Shown here: positions 38,391-51,500 of the stretch, one piece after another
Layout: the number at the start of each line of letters is the position of its first letter
How positions within the stretch are numbered: the stretch's first letter is position 1
Origin: Malacoraja senta
Taxonomy: Eukaryota
Direction: 5' to 3'
Assembly: GCA_038087875.1 (NCBI GenBank)
Contig: JAXLNO010000213.1
Coordinates: 248,001 to 312,000 of the forward strand
Length of the DNA: 64,000 nucleotides
Translations under genes and position numbers: made by a program
The notes under the pieces: generated by a model
What the model was told of the DNA's origin: nothing
Databases searched by the model: none
What the model saw: only the letters and a program-made list of their open reading frames with translations

Positions 38391-39830
38391 GTGTGTGTGG
38401 GGGGGGGGGGGGGCAGAAGATGAAGAAAGTTTCACGTATGAGGGTCCACGAGGTGGCGATGAAAGACAAATTAGACAAGTTAAACTCACTGAGAAATACC
38501 GAGTTCTAGTTCTGAAGGAAACCGAGAAGGAAAGAAACAAGTTGTGGAAGAAGTTCAGAAGGCTGTTTGATAGTTTGAATGAACTAATGGAATCAGATGC
38601 CAACCTGGACTATGTGTAAGGCAAGTTAGGCCTGATATGCAACCTTTTTAAAGAGCTCATGGAAAAGCAGAGTAAACTTTTGGATTCAGAGCCATCTCAT
38701 GAGGAACGTGAAAGACACACCCAGTGGTGTGAACCAAGGGTGGATGTATTCAATGTTTACAAGGATTGGGCAGAGGAGCGGTTATCTGAAATTATACCAC
38801 AATTTACGCGCTTAACAGCTGAAGGTGCGATGCAACAATGTGCCAGAATGGAAGATGAAATTACACCACGAGATAATGTCTTGAAAGTATCTACACGAAG
38901 ATCAGGACATAAAACTGGTTCTACAGCCAGTTCGATATCAAGGGTTTCTGCTCGATTGAGAGTTGAAGCTGATCTAGCCGCTCTCTCAATAGAAGCGGAT
39001 GCCTTGAAGAAGAAACATGAGATTGAGCGACAAGAAGAACAGATGGAAAAAGAGAAGATGCGACAGAAACATGAGATTGAGCGACAAGTAGAACAGGAAG
39101 AAAAGATGAGACGACAAAAGGAAGAGATTACGCGACAGCAGGAGCAGCTGAGGCGCCGAATGGAATAACTGGAACTAGACACAAAGATGGCGGTGGCCAA
39201 AGCAAAGAAGGAGATATTGGAATGTGAGGGTTCAAGATGCAGCTCTAGATCATCGAAGATGATGAGCTCTGGACCAAGAAGAAAGATTGCTCGAAATGAA
39301 TTAGCAGTTGGATCAATTCCACAATCGATGTCCACCGGATTTCATGGCTTTGAAAACCCTTTGGAACAGAATAAGATGGGTAAAACTTCATCTCTGGAAA
39401 TGGGTGCTAGATCGAAACAAACTACTAATGGAGCGAATGTGAATGCTCGAGACAAACCAATAGCGGAATACGCTTTTCCAAGGCCTGATACACAGGCTCG
39501 AGCAGGCCACTTTGAGTCACAGAGGACTGTTTATCAACAGGTGGAGCCAAGCCAAGGTTATCAGGATGGATTATTGGCATTGGTGAAAAGTCAAGCTGAA
39601 TTCATAGCTCGACAAAATACCTCTCTCATTCGACCACCAACATAAATTCCTACATATGATGGAGATCCTTTGCGGTATGAAGCGTTTGTAAGGGCATTAG
39701 AAGAAGTATTAGAAACGAAAGTTACCGGTGGAAAGGAGGGCTTACGATTTCTGGTGAAGTACACAAGCGGAGATGTTCAGATACTTGTAGAAAGTTGTCA
39801 AATTGAGCCCGGCAACCATGGCTATAAAAA

Positions 39831-40490
39831 GTCAAATCAAGTCAAGTCACATTTACTTATATAGCACATTTAAAAAACAACTCTCGTTGGCCAAAGTGCT
39901 TTACATTTGTTATAAGAATAATATAAACAAACAAACTACATACATATATACATATAGCCCTCGCTCAGAGGATGTCAAGAAAGGCTTGGGAGTATAGATA
40001 CGTTTTTAGTCTTGGCTTAAAGGAGTCGATGGAGTGGGTAGTTCTGATGGGAAAGGGGATGCTGTTCCACAGTCTAGGAACTGCAACTGCAAAGGCGCGG
40101 TCGCCCCTGAGCTTATGCCTAGACCGCGGGATATTCAGCAACCCCAAGTCGGCCGATCTGAGGGACCTGGAGGTGGAGTGGTGAGAAGACTTTTAATGTA
40201 GGTGGGGGCAAGCCCATTGAGGGCTTTGTAGACGGAGGAGGATCTTGAAATGTATACGGAACCGCACAGGGAGCCAGTGGAGAGAGGCCAGGATCGGGGT
40301 GATGTGGTCCCTTTTTCGGGTGCCCGTCAGGAGTCTCGCTGCGGCGTTTTGGATCAGTTGCAGGCGGGGCAGGGAAGATTGGCTGATGCCAGTGTAAAGG
40401 GAGTTGCAGTAATCTAGGCGGGAGGAGATAAATGTGTGGATGATCTTTTCGAGGTCGTCAAAGTGGAGGAATTGTTTTATTTTAGTTATC
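39831..40490 (-). mobile_element. L2 LINE 3' end inserted in BEL gag
   Basis: FISSRLDYCNSL, LHWLPV, GDRAFAVA peptides; (TTGAC)n tail; gag frame resumes after it. Confidence 0.88.
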
Positions 40491-41888
40491 AAAAGGCAAG
40501 AATATTACTTAAAGACCATTTTGGTAATGGACAGAGGATGGCTAACGCATACACGGAGAAGGCCCACGCTTGGAAATAAATCAAGCCAGTAGATGGTAAG
40601 GCATTGAGTAAATATACAATATTTCTGAGAGGTTGTTGCAGCTCCATGAAAAATCTCGGCCACATGGAAGAAATGAATCTAACAAGTAATACTAGAGTAA
40701 TCATTAGCAAGTTGCCCAGAAGACTGAGAGAAAAGTGGAAAGATAAAGCAGGCGAAATATTGGATGAGAGGAACCAAGTACCCAGGCTACCAGACCTGGT
40801 GGAATTCTTAGAAAGGGAAGTACCGCATATGTTAGAACCACACTACGGGACTATTGAAGATTATAAACCAATTGCAACTAACAAAGGTTCCATGTTTACC
40901 AAAACTGAAGAAATATCAGAACCTATGAGAAGTAGTTTTGCTATCACAACCAGACCTGTGAAAAAGACAGATAGAATGAAAGGAAATGTGTCTACTAGCA
41001 AGCAAATAGTATTTTGTTTGCTATGTGATGAAGTTGGTCACACCAGAAGATGGTGTCGAATATTTAAGATGAAAGAATATGAAGAAAAGATGCATTTCTT
41101 GAAAGAGAAGGGAGTCTGTTTTGGATGTTTGAAAAAAGGACATATGGTGACAGACTGTAAGAGTCCTATGACTTGTTATCAATGCAGACAATATCATCCT
41201 GAAGCACCACACGGAAGAAGAGCTATCAGAGCCATGGGAAGCGGAAGAACTGGAACAAACAGATGAAGAGTTACCAGAGCAAATAGAAGAAGATGAACCG
41301 GAGCAAACGGAACAGAAGAAGAAGCCAACTACTAGTGATGCTACCACCTCGCCTCAAGTAACTGCTCATATTGGGGCCGGGGTTGAAGCTTGTAATTTTT
41401 CTATCTTACCAGTACAGGCGAGGAATAGCAAGAAGAATACAGTGTTGCAAACAAATGATTTTCTGGATCACGGAAGTTCGACTACGTTTTGTACAGAAAA
41501 CCTGACAAGAAGGCTGAACATCACAGGAGAAGAAACTAAGACTCGATTAAGTACGATGCCTAAAGAGAAAGAGAGCAGGAGTCATTACTTTACAAGTATG
41601 GAGATATCCAGTCTGGATGAAGGTAATTTTATACCCATATCTGAAGTATTTACGCATGGAACTCTGCCTGTTGGACGTCAAAATATATCAAGACATGAAA
41701 ACTTGAAACAATGGCCTTACCTGAAGGACGTCAAGATATCTGAAATAAATTCTAGTGTTGGTCTACTTATCGGAACGAATGTTTTGAAGGCATTGGAACA
41801 TATACCGATTGTTAGGAGCCAAGGTGATGGGCCGTATGCTACGAAAACCCGACTTGGATGGGTTATCTATGGTTCTTTGAAAAGGAAC

Positions 41889-42654
41889 TGTAGATTGGTT
41901 TATGCATGAGAACCAATCACGGCAGAATAGCATCACTAACCCCACGCTACTGTACGATTTATACTAACACCCACTTCCTACACTGGTCAGTCTTGGAAGC
42001 GGTCACGATGTTCTAACAACTAACAACCTGCTGTACCGCTATAATATGAATAGTGATTAAAGATGATCTTGAACAGCACATTGTATTATTCGGCTATTTA
42101 CATGGTGTCAGAAGTGGGTTCGGATCCCACTTATGACACCATCCTGTCTTACCAGTTCATCGCGGACTAAGAAGAACGTCTGCGCCTCTGTTGGTACGCT
42201 GGGTTGTCTGTCTGGCCAGACTCTTTTGATTATGGATGAAAGTATCTGGAGGGTAGCGTCGGCGGCTGTGTGTTCGGCTAAGCGGTGCAGTTGTTTTGTA
42301 GGAACAAATCAATGCTGAGAACCGTAAACCCGTCCCGTTCGTAGGGGTGTCGTTCGTTGGATGCCCGTTGTGCACGAGAGAGAGAGAGTGTACGCAACGA
42401 GCATGTCTTTTTTCCAACCCTCCCCCCAAAAAAATACCCATGTATATATCCAAATAATACAATCTGGAGTTCAAGATCATCTTTAATCATTATTCATATT
42501 ACAGCGGTACAGCAGGTTGTTAGTTGTTAGAACATCGTGACCGCTTCCAAGACTGACCAGTGTAGGAAGTGGGTGTTAGTATATATCGTACAGTAGGGTG
42601 GGGTTAGTGATGTTATTCTACCATGATTGGTTCTCATGCATAAACCAATCTACA
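41889..42654. mobile_element. 766-bp non-autonomous element with inverted 214-bp LTR-like repeats
   Basis: 41889-42102 and reverse complement of 42441-42654 differ at about 13 positions (hand count); each reads TG...ATTAAA...CA followed by TGG; flanked by GGAAC/CGAAC. Confidence 0.85.
42103..42141 (+). ncRNA. tRNA-Leu PBS fused to a tRNA-Leu-like minihelix ending in CCA
   Basis: TGGTGTCAGAAGTGGG-TTCGGAT-CCCACTTATGACACCA; the 3' half matches the vertebrate tRNA-Leu(CAA) end GTGGGTTCGAATCCCACTTCTGACA-CCA with two differences. Confidence 0.7.
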
Positions 42655-43844
42655 CGAACAATGAAAACGAGAATCAGAAAAACTATCCTACCATTGCTGT
42701 TAATCAGATATCTACTGATAAATTAGAAAAGCCGGTGATGAAGCCATACACTCACGCCTTCAATGAAAGTACCAATAAGGAATCTGAAGAGATGTCGAAT
42801 GAAGAGTTGAAGTTCATGGATATTATGAACTACTCAGTGAAAACTGATGGACACTGTTGTGTGGACTTACCTTTCAAGCAAGAAAGTGTTAGTTTACCCA
42901 ATAATCGTCGTATGGCAGAGCAACGTACCCAGAATTTGAAACGCAAGTTTGGCTAGAATACTACATTTCATAAGTAAGAATCTCTTTGAAGAATAATAAC
43001 AACATGGATGATTGCGTAAAATCCATGACTACTAAGCAGGAAGCAATTCAACCAGAAGAACATCTGACTTCCCTTTGCAATAAGGGATGATTCACACTTT
43101 CCAAGTGGATCGGCGACAACTGTGAAAGCATTCCACTGGATGAAAGGGCCAAAGAAACCAGAAACAATGTGCCAATGGAAAGAGCATTGGGAGTTACTAA
43201 TGTTGTACAACTGAAATATGTTAACACAGTAAAAAATCCTGCGGATGAAGTTTACAGAGATCCTGCGGCGATCCGATTCTTAAGCGGTAAGAGATGGATC
43301 AATTTACTAAAATCTCTCTGTAAGCAAGACAGAGAATGGCCAAAGCTTGAGTTGGAATTTTAAATCTCTATTAATGATTCGGAAATTATATCAAACCTAT
43401 CGGTGAACTTGAAGGGTTTCGGCCCGAAACGTTGCCTGTTTCCTTCGCTCCATAGGTGCTGCTGCACCCGCTGAGTTTCTCCAGCATTTTTGTGTACCGC
43501 TCGGTGAACTTGATTGGTAAAAATCCTGTTTTCCTTTTGAAGGATTTTCACACTTCAACATTGTTGTTACAACGCATCCATGAGTTGATCGGGCATGGAG
43601 GAAGACGTTTCATGCCGTCAAAGCTTTGGGCTGTAAACTTTTGAACTATATACTGGGTATCATGCCTGATTGTAAGAGTTTGGTGCGCACGGTACGACTT
43701 TAAACTAAAAACGATGTTTTAATAAGATTAATAATCAAGTTATGCTTGGTTCTAGATAGCGAAATATGAAGATGGAAGAGTCGATGAAGAATTCTGATTG
43801 AGGATATATAGTGCCCCGTGAATTCTGATTGAGGATATATTGTT

Positions 43845-43919
43845 TCCTCGTTAGTATAGTGATTAGTATCCCCGCCTGTCACGCGGGAGACCGGGGTTCA
43901 ATTCACCGACGAGGAGCCA
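43845..43919 (+). tRNA. tRNA-Asp(GTC) retrocopy / pseudogene with encoded CCA
   Basis: TCCTCGTTAGTATAGTGATTAGTATCCCCGCCTGTCACGCGGGAGACCGGGGTTCAATTCACCGACGAGGAG (72 nt) + CCA; D-loop GG->GA and a T-stem substitution; partial T-arm duplication follows. Confidence 0.85.
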
Positions 43920-44599
43920 CGGGGTTCAATTCCCTGATTTTTGGTTTTGATATATGTTAAGCCTTCATGGCTACCTTTTTGATGTTTATTCATAATTGCC
44001 TCGTGATATACTCGGAACAATTAGGGGCCGGTAGGTAATGGCCATTTGGCTTGTTTTGTGTGTCATTAATGAAGGCATGTGTATTTAAATTTTAGACTGT
44101 CCGTTACATTGTGGGTGGGATTTAGGGCGTATTTTAGGGCTATGTTTCTTGCGCAGAAACTTAGTTTTCAGTTTAGTTTTGGACCAGCATGGGGAAGGTA
44201 TACCCTTTGACCATGCGAAGCGTTACGGAGATACCAGGAGTTTTCTAACCTTTAAAGCGATAAGCTGGAGTTCGACGAAGATTATAGTGTATGAGGCGGA
44301 AGAAGTTTGGATGTAATTATTGTTTTTCATCAACAATAAAGAATATATTAATCAAAAGACTGTGTTATGAAGATGTATCTGTGAAGGTCCCCGACGGAGA
44401 GCTCCATGCGTTTAACGACACTCCCCTTAACCATGTAGTGAACCTAGCGGCTGTGGGATCTCTTGAACGACATAAAAATCTGCCGCTACAACAAGACATT
44501 GAAATTGACAAGGCACTGAAATGGCCAAGACTATTGAATTTGACAAGCCAACGAAATCGCCAAGGCAATATAATAGACAAGGCATTTCAATTGAAACAT

Positions 44600-46403
44600 T
44601 TCGGAATTGACGAGGAATTTACTACATTTTTCACCAGCAAAATAAAGAACTTCAGAACGAATATTTACCCTCCCATCCGTGAACTGGCTGTCTCTTTGGT
44701 CTGTTCCAACCCGTGACTCTACCCTCCCTTGTAAAACTGGTCAACCTGCCCCCTCGACATTGTACCCTCTGTACTTCTGAAGGATGTCATTACAATAGCC
44801 GGTCCCAGCATCCTCGCCATCTTCAACAGTTCTCTGGCCACTGGCACTGTTCCTACCTGCTTCAAGCATGCGGTGGTCCAGCCCCTCCTGAAAAAACCTA
44901 ACCTCGACTCGACCTTGCCAAGCAACTACAGACCTATTTCAAAACTGCCTTTCCTTTCAAAAGCCCTTGAAAGGTAATTTTAAGTCAACTTATGGCTTAC
45001 CTTCACCAAAATACTATCTTGGAAACTTTCCAATCAGGTTTCAGGGCTCACCACAGCACAGAGTCTGCCTTGTTGAAGGTACATAATGACCTACTGCTCA
45101 CCGTTGACTCCGGCGACTGTGCAATCCTGCTCTTTCTCGACCTCGGCGCAGCATTTGATACTGTCGACCACACCATCTTAATTGACCATCTCCGGTACGG
45201 GGGTTGGTATTGATGGCACAGACCTGAGCTGGTTCATCTCCTACCTCAAAGGTAGGAGTTTCTCTACTAACATAGGCAACTCTTTCTCCTCCCCAGCTAG
45301 CCTCTGCTGCGGGGTTCCACAAGGTTCCATCCTTGGCCCCATTCTCTTCTCCCTGTATATGCTCCCCTTAGGCCGTCATTCAAAGGCACGGCATTTCCTT
45401 CCATTGCTATGCGCACGATACACAATGCTATCTCCTCCTGAAGCCCAAAAAATAATCAAATCTCCTTAACCTTACCCACTGCCTCGAGGAAATAAAGTGT
45501 TGGATGGCCCATAACTTCCTCCAACTAAACGAGAGTAATCTGAGGTCATTCTTCTCGGCCCCTCGGACTCAATCAAAATGATAGCAGGCAGCCTCGGAAG
45601 CCTCACCACACTACTCAAACCTCACGTCAAAAACCTTGGCGTGATATTTGACTCCGCATTGAAATTTGACAAACAAGTCAATGCCGTGGTAAAAGCTAGC
45701 TTCTTCCAGCTTCGGATGATAGCTAAAATAAAACAATTCCTCCGGTTTGATGACCTCGAAGATAGCATCCACACATTTATCTCCTCCCGATGCGATTACT
45801 GCAACTCCCTTTACACTGGCATCAACCAATCTTCCCTGTCCCGCCTGCAACTGGTCCAATACGCCGAAGCGAGACTCGTGACGGGGACCCGAAAAAGGGA
45901 CCACATCACGCCAATCCTGGTCTCTCTCCACTGGCTCCCTGTGCGCTTCCGAATATATTTCAAGATCCTTATTTATGTCTACAAAGCCCTTAACGGGCTT
46001 GCCCCCACCTACATCAAAAGTCTGCTTACCCACCACACCACCTCCAGGTCCCTCAGATCGGCCGACTTGGGGTTACTGAACATCCCGCGGTCTGGGCATC
46101 AGCTCCGGGGCGACCGCGCCTTTGCGGTTGCAGCTCCAAGACTGTGGAACAGCTCCTAGACTCTTCCCATCAGGACTGCCCCCTCCATCGACTCTTTTAA
46201 GTCGAGACTTAAAACTCATCTTTACTCTCAAGCCTTTCTTGACGTCCTCTGAAGGAGGGCTATATGTATGTATTTATGTATGTACTTAATCTATGAACCA
46301 CTGTTGTATAACGTTAGTACCTCCACCAATGTAAAGCACTTTGGTCAACGAGAGTTGTTTTTTAAATGTGCTATAGAAATAAAAGTGACTTGACTTGACT
46401 TGA
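44600..46403 (+). mobile_element. L2 LINE RT and 3' end
   Basis: NYRPISKLPF, QSGFRAHHSTESAL, LDLGAAFDTVDH, GVPQGSILGP; (GACTT)n tail. Confidence 0.9.
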
Positions 46404-48014
46404 CATTAATGGGGATTCCACACTTTTAGAATGCTGCTTGCAAAAAAAATCACCATTTAATGCATTAGTATTTATTTTACAATTATACTTTAAAAAATGT
46501 TTTAATAAAAGACTTGCCGATTGCATTTATTGATGTTTATTTTTTTTTATATCGCCGCTTTGACATTTTTTTAAATTGCCGATTTTGTTGATTAATCGGG
46601 ATTTCGCACTTTAATTAGACTGCTGCTTGCAAAAAATGTCCCCATTTCATTCATATCCTTTTATCTCACAACAGTTGGTTTTCAATTTTTTTTCAAACGA
46701 TTACCCGTCAGGCTCCCACGTAAACGGAGCACAGCTCAACAACCGCTCTTCCAAAACACTCTGACTTCGCTGGCTTCGCTCTCTTTGACGATAAGCGTTT
46801 ATATATTTTATATTACTTGCATTTCAAAAAAAATTGATGTTGCATTGATTTACTTTTTCAATTTAAAAAAAGACGGACATTTTGCTTTATCATTATTACT
46901 TCACGATTTTATTCTTCAATTCGACTGCTGCTTGAAAACAGACGGCGATCTCATTGATTAACATTTATTGCAGAAAAACTTGGCAATTGAATTGATTAAC
47001 ATTTATTTTGCCAGAGTTCCGTGCATTGAATCGCATTTATTGAAAAACAGTTGGATTAAAAAAAAATACAATGAATCAGATGCAATACTTCGCTATTGAA
47101 ATTCATTTACAGTCGCAATTAAAGGCCCTTTTACTATGCTCCTTTATTAAAAAGTTGTATTTTTAAAGAGACTTGGCGATTACATTGATTAAGATATATT
47201 TTACGAGTTGAATCATTTTGAACAGGTATACAGTTGGATTTCTAAACAACTTCGCGATTGAATACGTTTTATTTCAACACAGGAGCACTTCCAAACATAC
47301 TTTGCGATTCACTTCCATAACATTTTCAGCTACAGTTGCAATTAAAAAAACGTTTCATTCACATTGATTTCATTCCACAGGAAAGGCTCTATTTTCATCC
47401 AATTAATCTGTGTTCATTAACAACTGAGATTGGGCTATTTTATTTATTTTAAAACAGTTTATTTAAACAGTTGGATTTAACAAAAAGGCCTGGCGATTAC
47501 ACTGATTAAAATTTATTTTACAATAGTTGAATTTTTAACAAATATACAGCAATATTTTCCTTTACAATTGCAATTAAAATATTTTTCATTCACATTGTTT
47601 TAATTCCACATGAAAGACTCAATTTTCATCCAATTAATCTGTGCTCATTAGCAACTGAGATTGTGTTTGGGGTATTATTTACGTAATCATTAGGTTATTT
47701 TAAACAAAAAATATATTTTTATTTACAGTTGCAATTTTATAAAATCATGCCTAGATGACGGAGAAAAGGAGGTGCGGGATAGTCAAGGAAAGTCAAAAAG
47801 CAACAGCGAGAAGTAGTGAGGAACAGTAGGCACATGAGAAGCAACAAGAAAGAACTCAACGTCTCAGAAATAATCGAGAGAGACAGAGATCAGGTCAGGA
47901 GGGCACAAGAGGAGTCGCAAGAAAGAACTCAACGTCTCAGAGATAATCCAGAGACAGAACAGGAGAGAAGGGAACAGGAACCGCAGCAAGAAAGTACTCA
48001 ATCTCACAGAGATA

Positions 48015-48105
<91 letters not shown>

Positions 48106-48287
48106 GAGAGAGAGAGAGAGCAGGAGAAAAGGGCGCAAGAGACGCAGCAAGAAACAACTCAACGCATCACAAATAAGCGGGAGTGTGAGAGCAGGAGAGA
48201 AGGGAAAAAGGGACGCAGCTATTCGGGGTCCAGCCTTCCCATGTGACGCCACCCCCCTACTTGGGGGACGTGTCCCACTTGGTCTCG
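46404..48287 (+). repeat. AT-rich degenerate repeat region, possibly the 3' part of a non-autonomous Helitron; includes (GA)n at about 48020-48120
   Basis: Recurrent TTGGCGATT..ATTGATTAA..TTTATT units; ends GGGACGTGTCCCACTTGGTCTCG, resembling the 25735-25763 terminus. Confidence 0.45.
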
Positions 48288-48564
48288 TGTTTTCTAAAAC
48301 AAATGTCCTACCATCTATTTCCCAGGACCACATAGATCTCCCAACAAACAAAGCTTTTATTTGAGTTGTGTGCATGCATGATTACGATTTAGCCCATGAC
48401 CATCAGTTCGCTCCGTATCTAACCCAGCCTACATCTGCCGACTCGTTCACTAACGCAAAATGCAGAAATCTCCAGGATATGTTGGATGTTGCATTGGGAT
48501 AGGACAGATATACATGAGAATATTGCTGGCGTAGATGAAACGGGAGATACAATTCTGCTGTAAC

Positions 48565-51500
48565 TTATTGCCTATAGTTTCTACATTGTTGCCCTTCCTT
48601 AACTCGTTTAAACATTATTCTCGGCAGATATTTCATCCCGCTCTTCAGTTCCTCTCTGAATTTAGACTGAGTTACCGCGTAAATACACGTGTTTGTGCAG
48701 CAACTCAAAAGCAGGAACATGTAGCTGGTTTCGTCCACGATAAGCAACGGGTCATTGAAACCGGTAAAATAAGGCCGCTTTAATATCTGTGTCCAGAGGA
48801 AACATATAAAATACGTCATCCACAGCATAATAAAGTTGCCGGAAATTGCAAAGAGCAAGATGATTGACTTCCTTCTGCTTTCCAGCTCGGTGTCATTCTG
48901 ATTCGCAGCATTCTTGCTGCCTCTCAGGTTCTTGCGGACTTGACTAGCCATTAAAATGTGCCAGACTGTTAGAGCATTGAGCAATAATATCAGGAACATT
49001 GGGAGCACAGGGCTGAAACATCGGTGAATCCAGGTGAATAATATCCATGTGGCTTCAATTAAGCATTCTTGTTTTACATTACAGCCCCATGCTACATTGT
49101 GTACTGATATATAAGGTTCAAATGCAAAGTACCAGGGGATGTTTTTGCAGCAGAACAGCGGACACACAGTTGCTATAACCCTGGCTGCTGTTTTCTCGGT
49201 GCAAAATCTGGATCGCAGTTTGTGGCAACATATCATCAAATACCGATCAAATGTGAACGAGAGTGTTAACCACACGGAAATGTCTGTGAGTGCGTGGTTA
49301 AGGGCCCGGTGGAAGGAGCAGACTTGGGTAATGAAGAGAAAAGTTGTGGGGAAATATAGATCATTGATACGATAAAGTAATACGTCAATTACAGCAACCA
49401 ACAGATCCGCTGCAGCCATGGCAACGAGATAGCGTGATACACATTTGGAGAGACCGCACTTTCCCCGGGAGAGGATGACAATCGATATCACATTAGCTGT
49501 GTTAGGGGAAGAAACAAAAATCAACAAAGTGCATTAGCAGTGTAGGGTACAGGGTGCCCCACGTAACACGCGATTTCACATGAAGATTAGAGTTGAGCAT
49601 AGACATTCATGACAGGGCGAGTCGCAAACCGCACCACATTTTTAAAGGTTGGGCAACGAGAAAGAAACGTAGTCAAAAAGGCACAACAGAGGATGTACTT
49701 CCTGCGGCAGCTGAGGAAGCACAATCTGCCACAGGCAATGATGGTTCAATTCTACACGGCCATCGTAGAGTCTGTTCTCACCTTCTCCATCATGGTCTGG
49801 TTTGGCCCAGCCACCAAGCACGACATCCGGAGGCTGCAGCGATCGTCCGATCAGCAGAGAAGATTATTGGCTGCAACCTTCTCTCCATTGATGAACTATA
49901 CACTGCAAGGGCCAGGAAGCGAGCGGGCAAGATCATCTCTGACCCCTCTCAAACTGGCCCCAAACTCTTTGAATCACGTCCCTCTGGAAGGCGACTCCGG
50001 ATTGTCAAAGCTGCCACAGCCAGACATAAAAACAGTTTTTATCCACGAGTAGTTGCTCTACTCAACAGCCAAAAATCTGTAGCCTCCCTTTGATCTGGTA
50101 TTTTGTTGGTTCACATGCTTGATCAATGGTGTTTTATCATTAATTTATTATTATTAATGTTTAGTGTTTTCTGAGTCATTCGTAACTGTCACTGTATGTC
50201 ATGTTGTTACTTGTGGGCGGAGCACCAAGGCAAATTCCTTGTATGTGAATACTTGGCCAATAAACTTACTTACTTACTTATCTCCACTGTTAGGACTGTC
50301 GCCAGTGTTGACGGGGAATGTAATCACAATAGATGCGTGAATGAAAATAATGGTAATTTTACATTGAATTTACACGGCACAGTATTTTATCAGATCACAT
50401 AAATATGGATTACGCGGCAGGTGCAAATCTGTGATCTGTAAATGAAACGCGACGCCACGGCATTTCCTGGTAGCCGATAGTGAAATCAAATGCCATCTGA
50501 TAAGATGTAATGATGACTGAAAATGTAGCCGTGAATTTGTACGTCTTTAACTCATTTACGCTTCCTTTTATTAACACGAAATGTGCATTTCTAACAGTAA
50601 CAAATGCAGTTAATGCAACGAATTGCATCGGTGCAGTTAACTGCAGTTATTTTCATAATTTTCTGTTTGACTGGAACGTTCCGGAGTAAATCAATCAAAT
50701 CAATTATTTTCACTTTATCGTTTCAATTCATCAGACATTCACCGCTCTTGTCCTATGCCTCTCGGTAACAACTCGCCAGTTGTAAATTGTATAAATGTCT
50801 CATTTTCGCTATTGCTGTTTACAGACATTTTGTGTACCTTCGATTTTCCAGCATCTGCAGTTCCTTCTTAAACACATTGTGAGGATATCGGAACCGCCAC
50901 ACACGCACCTGAGATTCTGACCAGTGTCAGGCAGAGACGGGGCATTCCATCAGCTGTTTACTCGGTGCAATGGATTCCCTGCGGCAGCGATGTTGCTACT
51001 GTCACAGATGCCACAGAAGGCAACTGTTTCTCACGCGCAAGGACAGACCAATGCGTTGAAAATGAAACATTGAGCGCCCCCTTGAGTAGACTATGTTTGG
51101 TCCTGCAAAGAGTGGATATCCGCCCATGGCAGGCATTGCAATGTTGATGAATAATATCCTTCACCTGGGTGTAAAGCAGTGGAGACATTCTGGCCAACGG
51201 CACCGCAGCCGGCGTCAAGTTTGCTCTGAACCCAGAGTATTTGTTGAAACCTAACGGCTCACGATATATGTGTGCGCAGAGGCGAATAGGAAGCGACGTC
51301 TATTACACCTTTAAATGACGAGACGTTACCTGGTGTCACCGGATAGGAGGGGTATCCAGCTGATGAATTGAAACAATAAAGTAAATACAAAATATTTTGT
51401 TGACTGCAGGAAGTTTCAATCAAAACATTAATGAACGACATTAAATCATTTCAACCAACTGCAGCATTTGCTGTTGAAAATGTACATTTCATCTGACCGA

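Larger units (their letters stand above)
38400..44435 (+). mobile_element. Decayed BEL/Pao LTR retrotransposon (gag, protease, remnants of RNase H/integrase, probable 3' LTR)
   Basis: YDGDPLRY gag motif; triple Zn knuckle (CLLCDEVGH..C, CFGCLKKGH..C, CYQCRQYH); protease FLDHGS; ATKTRLGWVIYG; NPADEV; HELIGHGG; PPT-like AGGGGCCGG at about 44023. Boundaries approximate. Confidence 0.85.

Noticed and set aside
38659..41909. Host coiled-coil / zinc-finger gene
   Set aside because: Motif order is that of BEL/Pao gag-protease, broken by stops and nested insertions.
47816..48375. RE/SL dipeptide-repeat ORFs
   Set aside because: Translation of a (GA)n microsatellite.
49497..49527. ORF-track N-terminus MLIFVSSPNT of the second GPCR
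   Set aside because: Intronic acceptor region with a non-ATG start; exon 1 is 51658-51757.
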